A DNA stretch of 64,000 nt. Source: the human T2T-CHM13v2.0 reference genome, Homo sapiens. This document shows positions 29,801-44,980 of this stretch, piece by piece. The DNA lies in assembly GCF_009914755.1 (NCBI RefSeq), contig NC_060947.1; one strand, 5' to 3'. Under the pieces are notes generated by a model, which was given only the letters and a program-made list of their open reading frames with translations, made no database searches and had not been told where the DNA came from. A program made the translations under genes and the position numbers. Every line of letters begins with the position of its first letter. The stretch's first letter is position 1.

Positions 29801-32504
29801 CCACTGATAAATGGTATGCCCTCCTTTAGCTAACTCCAATAACAAGGGGATTACTGAGTGTGTGTGGAGGAGTTCTCACTTAAAACCCAGAAAGTCACCT
29901 TCCATCCTGAAATAAATCTGCTGTGATATTCCTGAGCTCATATTCCTTCTACAACCTGCCATCGGAGAACAAAATTTTGTTTCCACACAGCAGGGCAGCA
30001 GCAAGGAATTTACCTTGGGCAACAAAGCAAAGCAGCAGGGTTAGAAAGGATATTTCAACTATATTAAGAGAGTGTGGATTCACTACTTCAGAAAGATAGA
30101 GTTTTATATCTCAAATAAGCCAATATCAATTGGTATCAATAGAGCTGGACTTCATAGGAGCACTTTCACCTGGCTGGAAGAAAGCAGACAGCTATCTCCC
30201 TCTTGCCTGAGTTTAGAGAAAATATGGAACATGCGGACACTTTCTCAAAATAGTCTTTTCTCCTTTTACCACCTCAGCTTGTTTGCATCACTCATTTGAG
30301 TGATGCACCAATGCTTGCAGAACCAATTTGTGTCTAGGGTCTCTGTAAGATCATCGAACACCTCACCTTAGAATATAGGGGTTCTTGGCATTTATGGAGT
30401 TGGCCTTTTCAGTCTCTAACTGAACTCTCACGTGAGAGAAAATGTTGCTTTCAACATCCAGCTCAGTGCAGGTTTTGAAGGGAATGTCTGACCCACAGCA
30501 CCCTCACTCACAACACTATAATTGAAAGCACTACGGGTGCATGGTACATCTCCCTGAGAGGTGAGGAGACAGGCCTGGAATGACTAGAAAGCAGTAGTGG
30601 TTGCATTCTGCTCAGGGCTCCAATTTACCCTCAAAAAGAGGTTCAACTGCCCAGAAGGACATGAGGCTGGCTCTTCCATCTAGCTTGAAACCTCCAATTC
30701 ATCCTACCTCAGAGTACAGGTTTTGGAGTCCAACTTTTCTCAGTTGCAGTCTGAGCTCTGTCTCCAGTTAGCCCTGAGGCCTCTGGAAAGTGATTTTATT
30801 TTTTTCATCATTTCCTTGTTTTAGTTGGATAGGACATATTCAATAACTTCCCTTGAAGTGCAGCTGAAATGAGGTGAAAAATATAAAGCATTAGTACAAA
30901 TCCTGTTACTCAACCTATTTACCTCACATTGTTAGCTATTATAAGCAAAGGTCATACTCAGTCTAAAGTATCCAAAGGAAATACAGTGGGCTAGAACAAT
31001 GGTTCAGAAAATGTCATCCCTAAGCAGCAGCAGAGATGTAGCCTGGGATCTCGGTAGAAATGCAATGCTTCTGGTGCCCACTCACTGAAAGGAACTTTTA
31101 AGGTCACAGTTACATGAAAAGCTATCCCTTAAAAAAAATAAAAAATAAATCTTTCATGATTCTCACTTGTTAAAATCAGAGCAGGCTCTCACTGGCATAT
31201 TCAGAACTTTCCTCACAGTAGAGCTGTTTTTTCCCTAAAGGTAGCCCCTGAACAGCATCGCCTGTGCAATTGTTAGAGATGCAAATTCTCATCCCCTCCT
31301 TTGGAGACCTACATAACCCTAAACTGGAGGATGGAGTGGTACCAACGAATTTGGATTTAACAAGCCCTTTCCAGGGATCCCAATGTCTGCCAAAGTGTGA
31401 GAATAGTTATCCTTGAACCAAAGGTTTTCCATATTTGCTTAAAAATGGAACCCCCAAGCGATTCATTAAAAACAACTGCAACAAACTTTTACTGTTAGAA
31501 GTTCTAAATAATATGAGGTGAGGTGCCACCAGGAAAACAGGTCTTTTCAAGCTCCCTAACGATTCTAAGGTATAGTAAGTTTGAGAAACACTGCTCTAAG
31601 CCCAGCTTGCACAACTTTTCCAAACTCACTGGAAAACAATCTTCTCTCCCCAGAAATCTCAGGAAAAGACCTCCTGCTGACCTCACATGGATAATATGTC
31701 ACTCCAACTCCAAAAACTTTCCCCACGAGGCTAGAGGAGTGATTGATGGAGCCCAGGTGTTCTCATTCCTGGCATATGAAGAGTGGTCAGCTCCAATTCA
31801 AATACTTGGAATAAAATTGGGGTGAGAATTTCCTAAAAGAGCAACTTGAAATTTGGGAACTGGACGGTGTTCAGGGCAACCGATACCCATATAATAAATT
31901 AACTGAGAAGAATATTATTGCCATGTTTTTGTTAGTATTATCCACTTTGACAGTTTTGCTTGTACTTTCAGGGATTATTATGGTTGCATTCATCTTTATT
32001 CTTATTTGTGAAAAAAATCATCGATTTTTTTAGGAAATTCCCTTTTATTTTTTTCTGAATTATAAATAAACAGCTGTATTATAATTGCCACATTTTTCAA
32101 CTTCTTATCTATTCTGGCTTCAATATCTGCTTAATCATTAAAAATGCTTATTCTGTAGACTCTCATGTAAATTTCTTGTATATGCAAGATATACTTAAGA
32201 TTGAAAACACAAAATGATCATACCAAATATTTAAGTTTTCCCAGATTCAAGACAATTTAAATAAAGATATAATGCCTGACAATATTAAAAAATAATGAAA
32301 GATACCTATTTTTGAGATGTAAATAATAATGAATACATGTATTTGAAAGCAATGCCAGGCAACTGGAACTTATTTAAATAAATGCAAATGTTTATGAAAT
32401 AACCAAGTTAAAATACAAATATTTATAATACCTATGTTTTCATAACATTTCAGAAAATATGTAGAATAAAAGATCATAGGCATAAAAGTAAAAATTTAAA
32501 AACT

Positions 32505-33100
32505 GTGTTTAAAAAGTCCTAATTCAGCAGACAAACATTGTTCAAATCTTGTACCCTTCCAAGGATGAAGGCTGCCCCTAAGCCCACCACTGGCAGGTAA
32601 CCTTTAAGCCCATAGAATACTGTGTCTGATCAGAAAGTCATTGGGTACCTGAGGCTCTCTAATCACACCAGATGGTTCATGCTGACAATGAGAATTATGG
32701 TGAATGCTTGTTTTTGTACGACTGGAGTTGTATTCTGGCTATGTCAGTTTGACTTCTAAATGAACTAGAGAGTCAGAACTTAAAGACCATCATGTGGAAG
32801 TTCCATGCTTATATGACCAGGGCTTGAGAGAACTTACCTGGTTGGGAACACTTGGCACAGGTGGTCGCACACCTGGCTGGGAGAATTAAGTGCAGTGCAC
32901 TTGACTCCACTGGAAGAGGGTGGCTGGAAGCTTGAGCCTGGTTTCTCCTGGATTCCTCCCTATGCTCCTTTTTTACTTGGTGATTTTTCATCTGTGTTCT
33001 TAAACTGTAATGTACTGTAAGCATCAGTACAAAGGCCTTTCCAAGTTGTGTTGACATCCTCTAAAATAATAATCAAACCTGTGGTAGCATTGAGGTACCC
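32505..33100 (+). mobile_element. MER21 LTR, unit 2 copy
   Basis: Same core (GCTGGGAGAATTAAG..GACTCCACTGGAAGAGG..GGAAGCTTGAGCCTGGTTTC). Confidence 0.8.
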
Positions 33101-33517
33101 ATGAATAAATGGTGTGCCATGTGGACACAGTTCTTTCCCTAACTCTAATAACATGGGAATTACTAAGTGTGTGGAACAATGCTCATGTTAACTCCCAGAG
33201 AGTCACCTTCCATCCTGAAATAAATCTGCTGTGATATCCTTGATCCCATGCTCCTTGTACAACCTGTCATCCTAGTCTCAGGGAACAAAATTTTTGTTTC
33301 TACACAGCAGGGCAGTAACAAGGAATCCACCTTCAGGAAAAATAAAAGGCAGCAGGTTTAGAAGAGATATTTCAACTATATTAAGAGTGTATAGATTCCC
33401 AATTATAAGAAGACAAAATTTTATTTATCAATGAAGCAAAGATAAATGACTATCAATAGATTTGGACTTCATGAGGGCCCCTTCTAAGCTCCTTTCACCT
33501 GAATGGAGGGAAGGAGA

Positions 33518-33521
<4 letters not shown>

Positions 33522-33559
<38 letters not shown>
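33522..33559. repeat. (CT)n microsatellite, private to unit 3
   Basis: Direct inspection. Confidence 0.95.
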
Positions 33560-33561
<2 letters not shown>

Positions 33562-35516
33562 GTTTACAGAAAAAGCCTGCCATGATAGCAACTCTTTTAA
33601 AAAAGTCTTACCTCCTTTCGCCACCTCAACTCTTTTATTTCACTCGGTTGAGTGATGCCTGCAGTTGAGTCAATGCCTGCAGAATCAATTTGGGTCTTGT
33701 GCCTCTGCAAGATTATCCAGTACCTCACTTTAGAATATGGGGGCTCTTGGCATTTAGGGTTTGGCCTTTGGTTCAGTCTGTGGCTAAAATCTCATGTGAA
33801 AGAACATGTTGCCTTCAACATACAGTTCAGTACAGGTTTTCAGAGGTGTATCTGACCCATTTCCCCTTCATTCTCTACACCTTAAATTATAGGCACTGTG
33901 GGTGCATAGAACACTCTCCCTGTGCAGTAAGGAGACAGGCCTGAAAGAACCACAAAGCAGTAGTGGCTGCATGCTGCTGTGGGCTCTGATTCACCCTCAA
34001 GGAGAGGTTCACCTGCCCAGTAGGACATGGCGCTGGCACCTCCATCTGGCTTGAAACTTCCAACTCATCCATTTTAAGAACACAGGGTTTGGGTCCAGCT
34101 CTTCTGTGTTCCAATATGAGCTCATTCTCCTATTGGCTCTGAGGCCTGTGAAAAGTCATCTTATTCTGATTATCATTCTATTTTTCAGTAGAAGAGAAAT
34201 ATTTGAATTACAGCAGTGAAACTGAAAAAAGAGATGGCAAATAAAAAGATGTAATACAACTCTTGCTACTCAACCTATCTATCTGTCATTGTTAGCTATT
34301 GTAAGCAAAGGCCAGACTCAGTCTAAAGTGCTCAATGGAAAGAAGGTGGTCTAGAAAAATGATTCACAATATGACATCCCCAAACAGCAGCAGGGATATT
34401 GCCTGGGATCTTGGTAGAAATGCAACTTCTTTGGTACCCACTAACCCAGAGGAACTTTTATGGTCTCTGTTATTTGGAAAGCTACTCCAAAAACAAACAA
34501 ACAAACAAACAAAAAACCTAAATTAAAAAAAAAAAACCTAAATCAAACTAAAACCTTTCACGGTTCTCACTTATCATAATTGGAGCAGGCTATCAGCCCC
34601 TCCTTTGGAGACCTACACAATCCAAAACTGGAAGGTGGAGTAGGACCTACCAATCTGGATTTAACAAATCCTGAATGGATTCCAACTCAGCAGTGTAAGG
34701 ATGATAATCCTTGAACAAATGTTTTTTCATACTTTCCCAATCATGGAATGGCAGATGATTCATTAAAAATAACTAAAACAAGGTTTTACATTCACATTCT
34801 GATAATTTGAGGCGACCTATCAAACTCTGGATAACAAGTGTTTTCAAGGTCCCTTAGCCATTCTAATGTGCAGTGTTTGAGAAACGTTGCTCTGGATCCA
34901 GCTTGTCCAAATTTACAAAGCCTACTGGAAAGTGACCTTCTCTTCCCACAAATCTCAGGAAAAGACCTTCTGCTCACCTAAAATGGGTAATATGCCATTC
35001 CTCAAGAGGAGAGGGCTAACTGATGTAACCCAGGCATTCTCATCCCTGGCATGACAGGATGCTCAATTCCAATTTAAATACTTGGAATGAAACTTGGGGC
35101 AAGAGATTCCTAAAAGGGGAATACAAAATTTGGGAATTAGACAGTGCTCAAGGCAAACAACAGCTATTCAATTAATTAACTGTTTAGGAAGAATTTTGAT
35201 TGTCATATTTCTGTTCGTATTATCTAATTTGACACTTTTCTATTTGTATATTCAGGAATTATTGTGGTTGCATACATCTTTCCTCCAATTTGTGAAGTAA
35301 AATCGGAAGTTAATTTTGTAGGAAATTCTATTTAACTTTTTTCGAATTATGCTTAAAGAGTTGCCCTAGACTTGTCACATTTTATCATTTCTTAATAGTC
35401 TGGTTTCAATAACTAATCAATACAAATCCTCATTCTATATGCGCTCATGTAAAGGTCTTACATGCACAGAAAAATTGACTCTTTTTTTCATTTAAGTTTC
35501 CAATAAAAAATTTATC

Positions 35517-35725
35517 ACACAGGAAGGGGAACATCACATTCTGGGGACTGTTGTGGGGTGGGGGGAGGGGGGAGGGATAGCTTTAGGAGATATACCTAAT
35601 GCTAAATGACGAGTTAATGGGTGCAGCACACCAGCATGGCACATGTATACATATGTAACTAACCTGCACATTGTGCACATGTACCCTAAAACTTAAAGTA
35701 TAATAATAACAAAATAAAATAAACC
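35517..35725 (+). mobile_element. Young L1PA 3' end, 5'-truncated, private to unit 3
   Basis: GGGGAACATCACA..GGGATAGC..TACCTAATG..GTACCCTAAAACTTAAAGTATAAT; TSD AAAAATTTATC at 35506-35516 and 35726-35736. Confidence 0.95.
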
Positions 35726-36039
35726 AAAAATTTATCCCATAAAATACTTACAGGATTTCCCTGTTATTCAAGTCAATTTAAGTACACAAGTTAAGAAATA
35801 ATGCATGGAAATATTAGAAAATATTCAAAGATAACTATTTTGTATACGCAATTAATTCTGAATATATGTGTTTAAAAGCAAAGCCAGGCAACTGGAACTT
35901 TTAAAAATAAACACAAATAGCTGAAAAAGTGGCCAAACTAGAAAATATATATTGAAAATATATTTTTATTTATAACAAAAACATTTAAGGAAATATAAAG
36001 AATAAATGAGGATACACATAAAAATAAGAATTTATGAAC

Positions 36040-36635
36040 TGTTTTTTAAATACTTCCAATTATAAGGCCAGGGATGCTGAAAAGCTGCACCCTCCCAGGT
36101 TTGGAGAATGGCCCTTGATCTGCTCCTGGCAGGCAACCTCTGAACCCTTTGATATTCTGTCTGATCAGGATGTCTTTGTAAACCTGAGAATATGGTCACA
36201 CCAAATGATCCAGGCTGACCATATGATTTATGGTGAATGTCAGTTTTGAATGGCGCTGTGTCCAGGCAATGTCAGTTTGACTTCTACATGGCCTGGAGAG
36301 TCAGGAGTTATAGCCACTCATGCAAACATTCCATGATTACATGACCAGGGATTGGGCAAGCTTACCTAGTTGGCAACACTTGGCACATGTAGTCACACAA
36401 CTAGCTGGGAGAATTAAGCACGGCACATGTGAGTCCACAGAAAGAGAATGGCTGGAAGCTTGAGCCTGGTTTCTCTGGGATTCCTCCCTATGCTCCTTTT
36501 CCACTGGATAATTTTCACCTGTGTTCTTGTACTATAATACCCTATAACTATCAATAGAAAGGTCTTTTCAAGTCCAGTTGAAACCTTCTAAGAAATCATC
36601 CAGCCTGAAGCTGGCCTTGAAGTACTCCAACAAGC
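36040..36635 (+). mobile_element. MER21 LTR, unit 3 copy
   Basis: Same core. Confidence 0.8.
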
Positions 36636-38356
36636 CTGTGAATAAAGGTGTGCTATGTAGACATGCTACTCTACCTAACTCTAATAATATGGGAATTCTG
36701 AGTGTGTGTGAAGGAGTCTCACTGCAGCTCCAACAGAGTCCCTTTCCATTCTGAAAAAAATCTGTTGTGATATCCTTAAGGGCATGCTCCTTCTACAACC
36801 TGTCATCCTAGTCTCAGGGAACAAACTTTTTGTTTCCACACAGCAAGGCAGTAGCAAGGAATCCACCTTCAAGAACAAAGCAAGGCAGCAGGTTTAGAAG
36901 AGGTATTTCAACTACAGTAAGACTGTGTAGATTCCTAATTTTAGAAAGATAGAGCTTTATACATCAAGAAATCCAATATCAATCAATATCAATAGAGCTG
37001 GACTTCATGAAAGCAGTTTCTAAGCCACTTTCACTTGGCCTGAAGCAAAAAAAGGCATCTTTCTACCTCTCCTCTGAGTTTAAAGAATGCCTGCCACGAT
37101 GGCAACTCTCTCAAGAGTCCTTTCCTCCTTTTACCACCTAATTATTTTATGTGGCTCACTTGAGTGATACGCCAATTATTGCAGAACCAATTTGGCTGCA
37201 GTGCCTTTGCAAGATCATCCAGCACCTCATTTTAGAATATGGGGGTTCTTGGCATTTATGGATTTGGCCTTTGCAGTCACTGGCCAAACTCTGTGAGAGA
37301 ACATGCTGCTTTTAACATTTACCTCTATGCAGGTTTTCAGGGACATGTCTGACCGAAGCATCCTCAGTCACAACACCATAACTGAAGGCACTGCATGGTA
37401 TATCTCCCTGAGAGGTGAGGAGAAGGCCTGAAACAACCAGAAAGAAGTAGTGGCTGCATACTGCTGTAGGCTCCAATTCATCCTCCAAAAGAAGTCTCCC
37501 TGCCCAGAAGGACACAGGGCTGGTACTTCCATCTGGCTTGAAACCTGCAACCTATCTTGCTTAATAGTAGAAGTTTGAAGTCCAGATCTTCCAGGTTCCA
37601 ATATGAGCTATCTCTCCTATTGGCCCTGAAGCCTCCAGAATGTTATTCTGCTCACCTTTTCCCTTTTTTCGTATATAAGGCATATTTCAATAACTTTCCT
37701 GGAAGTGAAGCTGAAGTGAGATAAAAATATACAGCCTTAGTATAAATCCTGGAACTCGACATAGCTAGTTCTCTTTGATGGTTATATTTGTGAAAAGTGA
37801 GACATAGTCTAAAGTATTCAAGGGTCAGACTCAGTCCAGGGAGTGAGCTACATCAGTATTTCTCAAAATGCCATCCCCAAGCAGTAACAGTGCATTATCA
37901 AGAAATGTAACTTACTACGTCCCCACATACCCATAGTAACCTGTAAGGTCTCAGTTGCCTTAGAAATGTATCCTTAGAAAAACAAAACTTAACTAATACT
38001 TTTCATGGGTCTCTCTTTTTACACTGATAGCAGCCTCCTCACTGGCATATTCAGATCTTTCCTCAGAGTACAGCCCCAGTACCCTGAAGGTGATCCCCGA
38101 CAAGCATCACCTGTATATACTTGTTAAGGATGTAAAATCTCAGCTCAACTTACCTGGACGCACCTCGTCAGCAACTCTGCGGATGGAGTAGGACCAATCT
38201 ATTTGGATTTAACAAGCCTTCCACGGATCCCAATGCCTGCTAAAGTGTCAGAATATTCATACTTTAAACATTGGTTTCCAATACATCCCCCAAAATGGAA
38301 TCCTCAGTAGATGGTTTAAAAACAATTGAAATAAAATTCTACTGTCAGAGATACAG

Positions 38357-38650
38357 ATTTTTTTTGAGAGAGAGAGAGAGAGAGAGTCTTGCTCTGTTGC
38401 CCAGGCTGGAGTGCAGTGGCATGACAGGTCTCATCGCAGCCTCGACCTCCCACCTCAGGCTCTTGAGTAGCTGGGACTACAGGTGCATGCCACCTGGCTT
38501 TTCTTCTTTTCTTTTTTTTTCTTTTTTAGCAGAGACGGGGTCTCACTATGTTGCCCAGGCTGGTCTTAAACTCCTGAGCTCAGATGTTCTTCCTGCCTTG
38601 GCCTGTCAAAGTGCTGACATTACAGGTGTGAACCACAGTGCCTGTCTGAC
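38357..38650 (-). mobile_element. AluJ-like with internal deletion, private to unit 4
   Basis: GGGTCTCACTATGTTGCCCAGGCTGGTCTTAAACTCCTGAGCTC, AluJ-type. Confidence 0.88.
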
Positions 38651-39509
38651 TCAAAATAATTTGACTTGAGGTATCACCTAGACAAAAGGCATTTTCAACC
38701 TCCTTTATGAATTATATAATATGCAATATATTTGAGAAATGCTGATCTAGGCTCATTTTATCCAAGGTTATCAAATTCAGTAGGAAAAGGCCCATAATTT
38801 AATGGAAATCTCAGGAAAACACCTCCCACTGACTCAGCAAAGGTTATATGTCACCTGACCTTCAAACATATTCCCCAGAAGGAGAGAATTGACGGGCAGA
38901 GTCCAGGCATTCTCAAACCCAGCATGTGAAGGCTGGTCAGCTCCAATAAGTACACCTGGAATAAAATTTGGAGTGAGAATGTCCTAAAAGTGAAAAAAAG
39001 AAATTTGGAAATCGGACAGTGTGAGGAGTATCAAAATACATTCAGTTGGTTAAATATTTGGGAAGAATTACTATTGCTATGACTTTTGTTAGTATTTTCT
39101 CTTTTGTCTGTTTTTTGGTAGTTTATATTACACTTTCAGAAAATATCAAGATTGTATTCATCATTTCTGAGAAAAATCTTAAATTTATTTTTGGGGACAA
39201 GTACCTTTTTTCCGAATCAAAGGTTTACATTAGGACTCATCACAGTTTTTAATTTTTTATGTATGCCTCTTTCAATATTTTTTAATTCATATGAATTCTT
39301 ATAGTGTTTACTCTCATGTACAATTTTTTGTACATGCAGAGAACTTGACTAATTTCTCCCTTAACTTATGAATGATAAAATTATCATCCCCGCCCCCAGT
39401 TTAAAAGTTTTCTCTGAAGTTCTATTCAATATAAGAAGACAAATTAAGAATTAATGCAAGGCTATATTAGAAAGCAATCAAAGGTAATTATTTTAATACT
39501 TTTCTATTT

Positions 39510-40115
39510 TTAAGCTGTGCTATAAAAACTTCTAACTCAAGAGGTTAGGGTTGCTAACAGCCTGCACCTTTCAAAGTTTGAGAACTTGCCCTAGACCAGC
39601 TCCTACTGGGTAACCTGTGAGGTCTGATATTTCTGTCTGATAAGAACGCTTTGTGTACCTGTGGATTTGGTCTCACTAGATGATTCATGGTAACAATGAG
39701 ATTTACGGTAAAAATGCATTTTTGTATGACTGGGGCTGTGTCCAGGCTATGTCAGTTTCACTTTTTAGATAGATTAGAGAGTCAGAAGCTAATATCAGGA
39801 ATGTGAAAGCTCCATCCCTATATCAGCAAGGCTTGGAAGAGCTTACCTGGTTGGCAACACTTTGCTAATGTGGACACACACCTGGCTGAGAGAATTAAGT
39901 GCAGTGCATATGACTCTACCAGAAGAGGATGATGGAGAGCTTGAGCCTGTTTCCTCCTGGACTCCTCTCTATGCTCCTTTTACCCTGGCTGATTTTCATC
40001 TATGTTCTTGTACTGTAATGTACTGTAAGGATCAGTACAAAGGCCTCTGTGGGGTCTACTGAGATCTTATAAGGGATTATGGAACCTGAAGCTGGCTTTG
40101 AAGTACCTCAACAGG
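39510..40115 (+). mobile_element. MER21 LTR, unit 4 copy
   Basis: Same core. Confidence 0.8.
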
Positions 40116-40499
40116 CTCATGAATAAATGATGCCCAATGTGAACATGCTTTTTAAGTAACTATAATAATATGGGAACTATTAAATGAGTGTGGAGGAGTT
40201 CTCACTTCAACTGCCAGACTGTTGCATTGTATCCTGAAAAAATTGGCTGTGGTATCCTTGAGGTCATACTGTTTGTACAACATGCCATTTAATTCTCAGA
40301 GAGCAAAATTTTTGTTTCCAAAGAGTGAATACATAGCAAAGAGTCTACCTTTGGGACTTTGGGAATGAAGCAAGACAACAGGTTTACAAAAGATATTTCA
40401 GTTATACTAAGAAAGTATGGATTCCCAATTTTAGAAAGATAGACTTTTTCTATATCAAGGAAGGCATATCAGTATGTATCACTGGAGCTGGCTTTGAGT

Positions 40500-40904
40500 T
40501 GTATTAGGCCATTCTTGCATTGCTATAAAGAAATACCTGAGACTGAGTAATTTATAAAGAAAAGAGGTTTGATTGTCTCGTGGTTCTGCAGGTTTTACAG
40601 GAAGCATGATGCTGGCATCTGCTTGGCTTCTGGGGAGGCCTCGGGAACTTAAAATCATGACAGAAGGAGAAGTGGGAGCAGGCATGTCACATACCAAGAG
40701 CAGGAGGAAGTGAGAGAGTAGGGGGAGAGCTGCCACACATTTTTAAATGACCAGATCTTGGGAGAACTCACCATCATGAAAACAGCACTGAGCCATGAGG
40801 GATCCGCCCCCATGATCCAAACCTCTCACCAGGCCCCACCTCCAGCATCAGGGATTACATTTCAACATGAGATTTGGGCAGGGACAAATATACAAACTAT
40901 ATCA
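40500..40904 (-). mobile_element. MSTA-like MaLR solo LTR, private to the U4/U5 junction
   Basis: TGTATTAGGCCATTCTTGCATTGCTATAAAGAAATACCTGAGACTG..GGGACAAATATACAAACTATATCA. Confidence 0.9.
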
Positions 40905-42217
40905 GAGTGGAGCAAAAGTTCCATGCCCCTTTCATTTGACTAGAGACATAGGGACAGCCATTTTCTACATCTCCCATGAGTTTGGAGAAAATATATGCCA
41001 GGATGGCAACTGTCTCAAAAGAGTCTTTCCTCCTTTTACCACCTCAGCTCTTTTATATCACTCACTTAAACAATGTGCCGATGCCTGCAGAACCAATTTG
41101 GGTCCAATCCCTCTCCAGATCATCCAGCACCTGAATTTAGAATATGGGGTTTTGGCATTTGTTGTTTAGGCCTTTGGAGTCTGTGGCCAAACTCCATTTG
41201 ACAGAAAATGTTACTTGCAACATCCAGTCCAGCCCATGTTTTCAAGGATAGGTCTAACCCACAGAATGCTCACTGAAAAACTTCTAATTATAGACATTAT
41301 GGGTACAGGTCACATCCATCTCAACAGGTGAGGAAATAGGTCTGGAACAACTGCAAAGCAGTGGTGGCTGCATACTGCTGTGTGATCTGATTCACATTCC
41401 AGAAAATGTTCACTTGCGAGAAGAACACGTGGCTGGCACCTCCACCTGGCCTGAAATCTCCAATTCATCCTGCTGAAGAGTAGAAGCTTGGAATCTGCCT
41501 CTTTTGGGTTCTAATACTGAGCTCTGTTTCCTATTGGTCTTGATGCCTCTGGAAAGTTATTCTATTCTGAGTATTTTCTTTTATGGTAGATGATACATAT
41601 TTTAATAACTTATGCAATGAAGCTGAAAAGAGTTGAAAAATATAACGAGTTAGTAAAACTCCTGGTGACTCAATCTATTTAGTTCTCACTGTTAGTTACA
41701 GTAAGCAAAGATCACCTTTAGTTGAAAGTGTTCAAAGGACAGAGGGCAGGCTAGAGCAGTGGTTCACAAAATGTTATCCTTATCCAGCATCAGTGTTACA
41801 GCCTGGGATCTGCACAGAAATGAAACTTCCCAGGTGGCCAGTCACCCATGGGACCTACAAAGGCTCTACTACCTGAGAATTCCATCCTTAAAAAGGGAAC
41901 AAAAACCAAATTAAGTCTTTTCATGATTCTCACTAGTCACAGCAGAGCAGACTTCTAGCCAGCATACTCATACCTTTCCTCACAGTGGAGCACTGGTTCC
42001 CTGAGGGCGGTCCTTGAGCAGCACCACCTGTGCACTTGTTAGAGACGCAGTTTCTCAACACAACCTATCCTCACCAACACAATAGCAAACTGAATTTGAG
42101 GTAGGGACACCAATCTAAATTTATTGAGTCTTCCATGGAACCCACACTCTGTCAAAATGTGAAAATGGTAATGAACCACTGCTACTCATTACATCCTTTA
42201 AAATGACTTCTCCATCA

Positions 42218-42860
<643 letters not shown>

Positions 42861-43162
42861 AAACAAAGTTTTTCAGTCATGGATTATGGATAAATTGAGG
42901 TGAGGTGATATCAGGACAATAGCTGTTTTCAAGCTCCCTAGCAAATCTAGTTTGCATTACATTTGAGAAATATTGCCCTAGACCCAGCTTGCCCAACTAT
43001 ACTAAATGCAGTGGGAAAGGTCCTTGTCTTTCCAGAAATCTCAAGAAAAGACCTCCCACAGATATAACACGGGTAATATGTCACTCCAAGTACAAGTACT
43101 TTCCCAAAAAGGAGAGGACCTATTGATGCAAGTCAGACATTTTATCCATGGCATGGAAATAA

Positions 43163-44025
<863 letters not shown>

Positions 44026-44739
44026 AAGAATAAATGCTGTCCAAATGTGAACACGCTTTACCTAATTCAAATAACACGAGAGTTACTTAAAATTTCCAGA
44101 CCGTTGCCTGAAATCCAGAACAACATCTGCAGAGGTATCCTTGACCCCATGTTCTTGGCTTAAATATGCCATAATAGTCCAGAAAAATAACATTGCAATT
44201 TCCACAGATTAGGGCCGTAGCAAAGAATCAGCCTTTTGGAGTAAAGCAAGGCATTAGATTTAGAAGATATTTTTGACTAATGGAGTTTTATATATCAAGG
44301 AAGCCAATATCGACCAATTCATTGAGTAATGAACATAGCACTCTTTTTGATCTGCTTGGTTTATGCAGGCCAAGTGTAACTGGGGATGGATTATCTTCAC
44401 TTAAGCCTCCTAAATTGAGGTCTCAGAAAGTGTAATTCCCCAAGGGAAAAATGGAATGCAAATACTCAACACAATGTTGTAACCAACCAAAATCCCAGGA
44501 GGGATAATACTTACTTTGCTGTCTTGTTACTCAAGGATCCTTACCTGACTACTCAAGTTTGGAGGCTCCGGGGAAGTCAGTATCTCTTTATTCTATCATT
44601 CAATGGAAACTTGTTTGTGCAGAAAAAAAGCACACCTTTGACAGCTTCAGTCCTTTCTGCATTGAGAAATACCTGTTTGTTTTTCATGCTTAGGGAAAAA
44701 ATCAAGGAATATTTTTCAGACCATTTTAATGGAATATAG

Positions 44740-44980
44740 CATATAGGCTAAGAGTATAGTCTCTGGACCCATATTGTCTGCATTCCAAACCTACATGCAC
44801 TAATTACTACTTGCGTTAATTTGGGTATATTTCTTACCTTTTCTAAGCCTTATTTTCTTCATCTGTAAAATGAAGATCATAGTATTCACCCTTATGGTGT
44901 TTTTGAGTACTATTGAATCAATCCAGGTAAAACACTTAGTACCCAGAAAATAATAATCACTCAATAAATGTTAAATATCA
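44740..44980 (+). mobile_element. MIR
   Basis: TTTTCTTCATCTGTAAAATG core; CACTTAG..CTCAATAAATGTTA. Confidence 0.85.

Noticed and set aside
31910-32033. Hydrophobic signal/TM-like peptide MFLLVLSTLTVLLVLSGIIMVAFIFILIC in block B
   Set aside because: Explained by T-rich composition; the frame is not preserved in sister units.
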